A stretch of DNA of 64,000 bases. Source: a virus. Below are positions 57,963 to 64,000 of this stretch, piece by piece. The stretch lies in IMG/VR virus record IMGVR_UViG_3300031143_000006. One strand, written 5' to 3'. The position numbers and the translations under genes were made by a program. The notes beneath the pieces were generated by a model that worked only from the letters and a program-made list of their open reading frames with translations, searched no databases and had not been told where the DNA came from. Within the stretch, counting starts at the first letter, position 1, and the number at the start of each line of letters is the position of its first letter.

Positions 57963-58369
57963 AAAAGTTATTATGGTTAGACGACATTAGAGATCCTTTC
58001 GTTGGAGATTGGTTAATGCGATACGCTCCACAATTCGCATATGGTGAAGGAGAAGTAACTTGGGTAAAGAGTTATAATGCATTTGTTGATTGGATCAATG
58101 ATAATGGATTACCTCACATGGTTGCGTTCGACCATGACTTAGGACAAGATGTTGCAAACGAAAAAGTAGCTAACGGAATGTCTAAGCGTAAATCACGAAT
58201 TCAAAAAAGAACTGAAATGAGTGGGTTTGAATGTGCTAAGTGGTTAGTAGACTATTGCATTGATAATGATATGGATTTACCACAATGGACTATTCAAAGT
58301 GCAAACCCAGTAGGAGCAGACAATATCAATGGTATTTTAAACAACTACAAGAAATTCAGAATGAAATAG
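57959..58369 (+). CDS. hypothetical protein (136 aa) with 'WLDDIRDP' ... 'FDHDLG' motifs
   Basis: ORF overlapping the upstream gene (ATGA). Confidence 0.3.
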   Translation: MKKLLWLDDIRDPFVGDWLMRYAPQFAYGEGEVTWVKSYNAFVDWINDNGLPHMVAFDHDLGQDVANEKVANGMSKRKSRIQKRTEMSGFECAKWLVDYCIDNDMDLPQWTIQSANPVGADNINGILNNYKKFRMK

Positions 58370-58609
58370 TATAACATTATAAAATAAAACAAATGGTATT
58401 TAGAACTGGAAAATACGCTGGAATGACAGCATCTCATGTTAATAAAATAGCCCCATGGTATATTAAATGGGTTCGACTCCTATTCAACCACTATAAAATA
58501 AGTCAAAGTAAGAAAGCTCGTACTGACTCTTAACTGAGAGGTACATGTATACTAGAATGCTGGTGAAGCTCCAGAAGACTTTTTTTTAATTTAACTAAAA
58601 TAATTTATC

Positions 58610-58912
58610 ATGAAGAAAATAGTAGCAATTATTATATTATCGTTGGCAGTTTACGGATGTAGAGATACTCCAAGGCCGACACTTGAAAGAATAGAATCAT
58701 TAAAGGTGATAGTAGCAAAAACAACCGAAACTGTAAATGCGACATCATTAAGTAGTGGATATACAACATATAAATTAGCATTCAATGACGGTTGGACATC
58801 AAAGACCTCTTTTGGTTTTTATAGTTGTTTACAGGTAGGTGATACCGTTAAATTTACTAAATTAAAAGATTATTCAGATTATTGGTTAAGAATGGAACCA
58901 GTTTGTAAATAG
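58610..58912 (+). CDS. small lipoprotein (signal peptide plus lipobox 'AVYGC')
   Basis: MKKIVAIIILSLAVYGC... Confidence 0.4.
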   Translation: MKKIVAIIILSLAVYGCRDTPRPTLERIESLKVIVAKTTETVNATSLSSGYTTYKLAFNDGWTSKTSFGFYSCLQVGDTVKFTKLKDYSDYWLRMEPVCK

Positions 58913-58988
58913 TCTTATCTATAATGAGTATAAATAACACTTTATTTGAAAATAAGTCACTTAAAGTTTTTTAGTATCAATATAAAGT

Positions 58989-59006
58989 GTTATATTTACT
59001 TATAAC
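58989..59006 (+). promoter_or_regulatory. conserved promoter-like element, copy 6 (block 58921-59006 is nearly identical to 60791-60886)
   Basis: An ~85-nt intergenic block is duplicated at 60.8 kb. Confidence 0.5.
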
Positions 59007-59026
59007 AAATAATTAACACCACTATT

Positions 59027-59944
59027 ATGAAAAAAGAAACAATCAAAATCGGATACGATAAAGAGACATCATTATATACAATGAAAGCTCCGGCTTCATA
59101 CAGTATTAATAACTTAGAAGTAAATGGAGTTTCAATATTAGATCCATTACAAGGATATTCTTCAGGATCTTTAATTGTTACCTCAATTAAACCAGAAACA
59201 ATTACTTATAAGAAAACTTCAAACAAACATATTGGATACGACAACATTGAGGATCATTCTACTATTTCACCTAAAGAATATAACGAAACTATCGTATCGT
59301 TCAATAGAGAGTACGACGATGATAACGAGGAGTATTTTTATGTTGATTTAGAAACTGAAATCAAAGCAACTAGATTTATTAGAAATCATAAAAGAATTTA
59401 TGAAAATACAGAAGAAATTATTCATTTTGAAATTGAAATGATTGAATATCCTGCAAGTTCTTTTCCTGAGATTGTTCCTTTATATTCAATGGATGCAAAG
59501 CATGTATTTGAAACTAAATGTAAATACACACCTAATTTAATGAAGGTTCTTGAAAATTCATTATCAAAATATGGAGTAAGTTTAAGTGATTTAAAGATCC
59601 CAACGCATTCCGGTATCAGATACGTTCAAATTAATGGAAAGTATATTACAGATATTGAAGCATATCAAAGAAGATTTGATAGAACCCATATTGGAATGTA
59701 TAATGAATGTACTGAATTTTTCGAAAGAACAATCTCAGACATGGATGCTATTATTCAATTACATTTTGCTAAAGAATCTAAGAAGATCTTAGATAAAGAA
59801 ACAGTAGGTTCTATTGTAACGTCATTAGTATCATTATCTAATTCAGTAGCTGGATTAGATGTTAAACAAAAAGATACTTCATCACAACGTGCAATTCAAC
59901 AAAGAATGAATGAATTAGTTAAAGTATACAAAGAATTAGCATAA
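59027..59944 (+). CDS. hypothetical protein (305 aa)
   Basis: ORF. Confidence 0.35.
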   Translation: MKKETIKIGYDKETSLYTMKAPASYSINNLEVNGVSILDPLQGYSSGSLIVTSIKPETITYKKTSNKHIGYDNIEDHSTISPKEYNETIVSFNREYDDDNEEYFYVDLETEIKATRFIRNHKRIYENTEEIIHFEIEMIEYPASSFPEIVPLYSMDAKHVFETKCKYTPNLMKVLENSLSKYGVSLSDLKIPTHSGIRYVQINGKYITDIEAYQRRFDRTHIGMYNECTEFFERTISDMDAIIQLHFAKESKKILDKETVGSIVTSLVSLSNSVAGLDVKQKDTSSQRAIQQRMNELVKVYKELA

Positions 59945-59951
59945 TATAAAT

Positions 59952-60239
59952 ATGGAATTTAATTTACCAATAGACTATACTAAACTATCTGGAAAGAATA
60001 GAAGATTAGTTAGAGAGCAATACACTAAAGAACAAGATGGAAAGTGTTATTACTGTAAAGAAGATTTGGATAAAAAACCACCAAAGAAAATCACTGATTT
60101 AAAAATCAATTTAAAGTTATTTCCACCAGGTATGTTAAGAAATCCAATACACTTACAACATAATCATTATAGTGGTATGACAGAAGGATCAGTTCATGCA
60201 TATTGCAATTGTGTAATGTGGCAATATAACGGAAAATAA
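59952..60239 (+). CDS. hypothetical Cys/His-rich protein (95 aa); possibly zinc-binding
   Basis: CYYC ... HLQHNH ... HAYCNC. Confidence 0.3.
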   Translation: MEFNLPIDYTKLSGKNRRLVREQYTKEQDGKCYYCKEDLDKKPPKKITDLKINLKLFPPGMLRNPIHLQHNHYSGMTEGSVHAYCNCVMWQYNGK

Positions 60240-60246
60240 AATAATT

Positions 60247-60792
60247 ATGAAAATATTTAAAGGTAAAAAGAAAGGAATGATCCATACTATGGATATTAAA
60301 TTTAGTCACGTGTTGGCTGTCTTTTTTCCAAGAACCTTCGCTGAAAAGTACAGATATCTTGGAACAAGCATATGGAATGAGGAAAGTTCTGCATTTAAAG
60401 CATTATTCCCATTAGTACTTGCATTAGATTATGAAGCAAAACCTAAATATTGTCCAAGATGGTTTTTACGATTCTTACATTTATTTGGTTCTGATAATTC
60501 TATTGTTAGAGTTCGGAATCGCAAACTACATAACTTAGAAAAGAAATTAACTAAAGGTATTATGTTTGTCGATTGGAAAACTAAATGGTCAGATTATGAT
60601 TTAAGAATTACAATTTATGCACCATCTCACTTAAACGATTTAGCATCTGCTATTGAAAACAAATTCTACAAAGATGGTAGATGTAAAGAATTAGTAGAGC
60701 AAATTAAAGAAATAGATCCTGATGCTTCGATTATGTGGGGTAGTATTGAAAGGTTAGAAAAGCAATTAGAAGAATTAGAAGCAAAGGAATAG
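60247..60792 (+). CDS. hypothetical protein (181 aa)
   Basis: ORF. Confidence 0.3.
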   Translation: MKIFKGKKKGMIHTMDIKFSHVLAVFFPRTFAEKYRYLGTSIWNEESSAFKALFPLVLALDYEAKPKYCPRWFLRFLHLFGSDNSIVRVRNRKLHNLEKKLTKGIMFVDWKTKWSDYDLRITIYAPSHLNDLASAIENKFYKDGRCKELVEQIKEIDPDASIMWGSIERLEKQLEELEAKE

Positions 60793-60868
60793 TCTTATCT
60801 ATAATGAGTATAAATAACACTTTATTTGAAAACAAGTCACTTAAAGTTTTTTAGTATCAATATAAAGT

Positions 60869-60886
60869 GTTATATTTACTTATAAC
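60869..60886 (+). promoter_or_regulatory. conserved promoter-like element, copy 7
   Basis: 18 nt upstream of the ATG at 60905. Confidence 0.5.
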
Positions 60887-60904
60887 TAATAAAACAATAG
60901 TATT

Positions 60905-61102
60905 ATGGCTAAAGAAAATAAGTTTGAAGAACAAGTATTTTGGAAGGATGGTTTCGATGGAAAGGCAAAAGGTGGTATTCACTTTAGATCTTTTGATTTA
61001 AACAAATTCATAAAAGAAGTTGAAAAAAGTGAAACAAATGAAGAAGTCGTCGGTATAAAATTCGAAGGCAACAATCTAGAATTAATAATTAAACAACAAT
61101 AA
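60905..61102 (+). CDS. hypothetical protein (65 aa)
   Basis: ORF. Confidence 0.3.
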   Translation: MAKENKFEEQVFWKDGFDGKAKGGIHFRSFDLNKFIKEVEKSETNEEVVGIKFEGNNLELIIKQQ

Positions 61103-61219
61103 TATGAAAGGTATAATAATGTTAATAGTAGTTTCCGGAATTTTATGGGGGACATGGATGAGTTACCAGTGGTTAAGAAACCCTGAAAACAGGAAAACTA
61201 AATCTAAAAAAAGAAAATA

Positions 61220-61552
61220 ATGCATTTATTTGAAATAGGATCAATTTTAGGTGCAATTACAGCACCGACCTTCTTAATACTTACGTTGAAAAGGAGATGG
61301 CTAGATGATGACTTTTTAGAGGATTTATTTAAATGGTGGGACGGAAGCAGAAACATCTATGATAATGTAGATGTAATATTGGGAGGAGCCTTGTTATTTT
61401 TAATTACATTAGTTATATTTTTATTAACATTAATCGCGTGGCCATTTGTAATACCTATTGCAATATTAGCATATATCGTTAATATGATTAGAAACAAGCG
61501 AGTTGCTAAAATGAAAAAACAAGCATTAGAAGAAACGTACGGTAAACAATAA
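61220..61552 (+). CDS. small membrane protein (110 aa, 2-3 TM)
   Basis: ORF. A 38-aa TM peptide ORF lies upstream at 61104-61220. Confidence 0.3.
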   Translation: MHLFEIGSILGAITAPTFLILTLKRRWLDDDFLEDLFKWWDGSRNIYDNVDVILGGALLFLITLVIFLLTLIAWPFVIPIAILAYIVNMIRNKRVAKMKKQALEETYGKQ

Positions 61553-61577
61553 ATATAAACAATTAAAACAAGTAAAG

Positions 61578-62378
61578 ATGAAGAAATCATTATTAGTAGG
61601 AGTATTTATTTTAGGATTATTAAGTTCATGTGAAACAGTGGACAGTGGACATAAAGGAGTTAGAGTCTCTTGGGGTGGAGAAACAGACATGCAAACCGTA
61701 TATAACGAGGGAATGCATAATGGATTAGGATTTCTTTTTGATGACATGATTGAATATGATGTTAGAGAGAAAACAACAGTACAACGATTTGAATTTAATG
61801 ATAAGAACAACATGGCAACCGTCGTTGAATTAGCGTTAGATTATAGTTTAAATCCAAGTAAAGTGAATCTATTACATACAAGAATCACAGACGTTGAGGT
61901 TAAGATCTTAAAAACATTGAAGTCAGCAGGTAAGGAAGTTGTACCACAATATTCTGCCATTGAATTAAATATATCTAAGAGAAATGAAGCAGAATCAAAA
62001 TTAGCAGAAATCATTGCAGCTGAATTACCTGAATTCTATATTGAATTTAAGCGATTACAAATGACAGATGTCGATATTCCAAAAGCGGTAGCAAATTTAG
62101 CTGAGGAAACTGCAGTGCAATTAGGACGTAATGAATTAGCTAAGAAGAAAGAAGCAGAACAAACAGCATTAGCAAAAGCAACAGTAGCAAAATCTAAAGG
62201 ATTATTCGAAGCAGCTGAGTATGATGTAAAAACTAAGAGATTGATGTCACAACCAGCAGTATTGAAATTATACGAAGCTGAAACAGATAGACAATGGGCA
62301 CTTAAGGGTAAATCTAAATATGGTAACAACAATGTATTTGGAGCCGGAGTTAGTATCTTGAAAGGATTAAATAAATAA
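61578..62378 (+). CDS. SPFH (band-7 / prohibitin / HflC-like) domain lipoprotein
   Basis: Signal peptide plus lipobox 'LLSSC'. The band-7 core begins at 'HKGVRVSWGGE'. The C-terminus is a coiled coil rich in A/K/E. Confidence 0.5.
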   Translation: MKKSLLVGVFILGLLSSCETVDSGHKGVRVSWGGETDMQTVYNEGMHNGLGFLFDDMIEYDVREKTTVQRFEFNDKNNMATVVELALDYSLNPSKVNLLHTRITDVEVKILKTLKSAGKEVVPQYSAIELNISKRNEAESKLAEIIAAELPEFYIEFKRLQMTDVDIPKAVANLAEETAVQLGRNELAKKKEAEQTALAKATVAKSKGLFEAAEYDVKTKRLMSQPAVLKLYEAETDRQWALKGKSKYGNNNVFGAGVSILKGLNK

Positions 62379-62493
62379 TAAAATACAATAAAATCCGTTG
62401 GTTATCATTACGACGGTATATAAAAGAACAATGTGATAGTTTATAGGTCGTTCTGTCCTTAGGTTCTAGTATAAAAAACCTTAAAAAAGGCAA

Positions 62494-62566
62494 GTTCTCT
62501 TAGCTCAGACGGTAGAGCAGCTCGCTCATAACGAGAAGGTCACTGGTTCAAATCCAGTAGGGAACA
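62494..62566 (+). tRNA. tRNA-Met (anticodon CAT; could also be tRNA-Ile2/fMet), no encoded CCA
   Basis: Manual fold. Acceptor: gttctct/agggaac (7 bp, one G-U). D stem: gctc/gagc. Anticodon stem: ctcg/cgag with loop cTCATAa. T arm: actgg-ttcaaat-ccagt. Confidence 0.75.
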
Positions 62567-62570
62567 CATA

Positions 62571-62642
62571 TAAGCCGATATGTTTTGGAAACGAGATCAT
62601 CTCATTAATGATTTCTATTAGGTTCGAATCCTTCCCCCGCAA
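62571..62642 (+). other. degenerate tRNA-like element (CAT anticodon-like stem-loop plus GGTTCGAATCC T-loop, but no acceptor stem can be formed)
   Basis: atcat-ctcatta-atgat hairpin and ttagg-ttcgaat-cc. I could find no pairing 5'/3' ends. Confidence 0.25.
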
Positions 62643-62703
62643 CTAAATTGTTAATAACTTTTGAAAATAAGTGCTCCAGGGTTTTTTTATATCAATTAAA
62701 AGT

Positions 62704-62721
62704 GTTATATTTACTTATAAC
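62704..62721 (+). promoter_or_regulatory. conserved promoter-like element, copy 8
   Basis: GTTATATTTACTTATAAC, 18 nt upstream of the ATG at 62739. Confidence 0.5.
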
Positions 62722-62738
62722 CAATAAACAATAGCATT

Positions 62739-62972
62739 ATGTCATTTCAACAAAATTTAATATGTAATTTACACGAAGTAGCTCGACAAACAACAGATCC
62801 AAAAACTAAAGAGCAATTGATGAATTTATGGAGAAATACTTGTAATTTTAAAAGAGCTAAAGAGACAATAGGATTATCAGTACATAGTGAATTAACTATC
62901 AGACAATCTAAATCAGAGATCAATATGTTAAGCAGTGCAAAGGATTTAATTTCAACAATAATTTTAAAATAA
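62739..62972 (+). CDS. hypothetical protein (77 aa)
   Basis: ORF downstream of the motif. Confidence 0.3.
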   Translation: MSFQQNLICNLHEVARQTTDPKTKEQLMNLWRNTCNFKRAKETIGLSVHSELTIRQSKSEINMLSSAKDLISTIILK

Positions 62973-62979
62973 AACAACC

Positions 62980-63309
62980 ATGAAAAAAACAATATTCGGA
63001 TTAGTAATAGTAGCATTAGTATTATCAATAGGCTACAATGCCGCATTACTCTCAAACCAACAAACAGTTACTGCAAGCGTAACAGATAAAGAACGTATTG
63101 TTGAAATGTCAGAAGGAACATCCGCTTCTTATTATTTAATATACACTGACAAAGGAACATATAAATTAGAAGATAATTTATTCTATGGTAACTTTAGAAG
63201 TTCAGATTGGTATGGTAAAATTAAAAGAGATTCAACATACACCTTTGATCTTATCGGATATAGGATTGGTATCACTAGTACTTATCAAGAAATAGTTAAA
63301 TTCAAATAG
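62980..63309 (+). CDS. small secreted or membrane-anchored protein (109 aa)
   Basis: N-terminal hydrophobic segment MKKTIFGLVIVALVLSIGYNAALL. Confidence 0.3.
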   Translation: MKKTIFGLVIVALVLSIGYNAALLSNQQTVTASVTDKERIVEMSEGTSASYYLIYTDKGTYKLEDNLFYGNFRSSDWYGKIKRDSTYTFDLIGYRIGITSTYQEIVKFK

Positions 63310-63376
63310 AGATGATAAAGATTATTCAGATAATATCTGGAGACTTATTAAACCAGAATATAAAAGACTATAAATC

Positions 63377-63691
63377 ATGGAGCAGCCAGTAAAATATTTA
63401 GTAAGACCACATGATTGCCATATATGGGAATTAGATGAAAGTAATAACCGATACCGTTCATGGTCGACCAAGGAAGTAACATACCCTGACGGCACAAGAC
63501 CAAATGCACACAAGGAACATACATTTGAAAACTTGACAGAGAATCATAACTTCTTTCCAATAGATGAAAGTGAGCTTCAAACATATGAAGATAAAAATAA
63601 TGAACATCATAAGTTCATATCTTGGCAAACGCGTTCTGATGGACACGGCGGTTCAAAGGGTGGAACATATGAAGAATATAAAAGACTATAA
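63377..63691 (+). CDS. hypothetical protein (104 aa)
   Basis: ORF. Confidence 0.3.
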   Translation: MEQPVKYLVRPHDCHIWELDESNNRYRSWSTKEVTYPDGTRPNAHKEHTFENLTENHNFFPIDESELQTYEDKNNEHHKFISWQTRSDGHGGSKGGTYEEYKRL

Positions 63692-63697
63692 ATAATT

Positions 63698-63871
63698 ATG
63701 ATGATTTTTAAAACCGACAATGACAAATTAATTGCAACACAAGCCCAGCTTGAATTAATATCCAATATCAAGGAACAAGTGCTAGAATTAGAATCTAGGA
63801 CCTCAGATGGATTTGACCTAGCACTAGATATATTATCATTATTGAAAAATATAAAACCTACAATAAAATAA
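63698..63871 (+). CDS. small hypothetical protein (57 aa), not in the ORF track
   Basis: ATG..TAA ORF filling the gap. Confidence 0.2.
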   Translation: MMIFKTDNDKLIATQAQLELISNIKEQVLELESRTSDGFDLALDILSLLKNIKPTIK

Positions 63872-63872
63872 T

Positions 63873-64000
63873 ATGCAACATACCAAAGAACTAACGATCA
63901 ATGAGTTAATTACAAACCTTAAAAAAGATTGGAAGCCAAAGACCGAAGTCAAAACAGGATATGGATATCACGGGAGTATTAAAGGTGATGAGATTGAATA
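63873..64000 (+). CDS. hypothetical protein, 3'-partial at the window end
   Basis: ATG at 63873; the frame stays open to the end of the window. Confidence 0.25.
   Translation, partial: MQHTKELTINELITNLKKDWKPKTEVKTGYGYHGSIKGDEIE

Noticed and set aside
58393-58560. tRNA-like T-loop GGGTTCGACTCC with a flanking 5-bp stem at ~58468-58490
   Set aside because: No acceptor, D or anticodon arms could be paired. It lies within a small in-frame ORF (58393-58533), so it is most likely coincidental.
62571-62642. tRNA-like fragment as a phage attP / integration site
   Set aside because: No integrase, excisionase or repressor is present in the window. The genome organisation is that of a strictly lytic T4-like phage.
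1-64000. CRISPR arrays
   Set aside because: No array of regularly spaced direct repeats was found. The repeats seen are coding tandem repeats (32591-32850, 49664-49710), a decamer microsatellite (54851-54894) and dispersed promoter-like elements.

Overview
This 64 kb window is an AT-rich (~32% GC) stretch of a T4-like myovirus genome. Almost every gene is on the + strand and genes are tightly packed, often with overlapping stop/start codons. The promoter architecture, the lipobox signals and the GC content point to a Bacteroidetes-type host (for example Flavobacteriia).

Recognisable T4 core genes:
- portal gp20
- prohead protease gp21, here fused to a repeat-containing scaffold-like domain
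- major capsid protein gp23
- head completion protein gp4
- late sigma factor gp55
- large terminase gp17 and a probable small terminase
- tail sheath gp18 and tail tube gp19
- clamp loader gp44, and probably gp62
- RNase H
- UvsX
- gp41 helicase
- gp46/gp47 (Rad50/Mre11-like)
- NrdA/NrdB
- a sliding-clamp-like protein
- a family-B DNA polymerase encoded as two separate cistrons

The two polymerase cistrons are separated by a 3.6 kb insert carrying nrdB, nrdA and the clamp gene. A GIY-YIG homing endonuclease lies immediately upstream.

An accessory block looks like a DNA-hypermodification or nucleotide-sugar module. It holds a T4 Bgt-like DNA glycosyltransferase, a MazG-like dNTP pyrophosphatase, an RmlB-like 4,6-dehydratase and a cytidylyltransferase-like enzyme. 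Further downstream are an RmlC-like epimerase, a HAD phosphatase, an SNase-like nuclease and a GATase1-like protein.

The 3' third of the window (54-64 kb) is an early-gene-like region of small ORFs. These include an OM beta-barrel, an SPFH lipoprotein, lipoproteins, TM peptides and a small GIY-YIG protein. Each small gene unit is preceded by a highly conserved promoter-like element, ...GTGTTATATTTACTTATAAC..., which occurs 8 times in the window. A tRNA-Met(CAT) gene and a degenerate tRNA-like element also sit there.

Other points:
- Structural genes are preceded by a T4-late-promoter-like ATATAATAAA motif.
- Several strong intrinsic terminators follow highly expressed genes.
- A family of proteins shares an N-terminal MKxLKLFExF...(L/I/V)NE propeptide-like motif. 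This suggests capsid-targeted internal proteins that are processed by the prohead protease.
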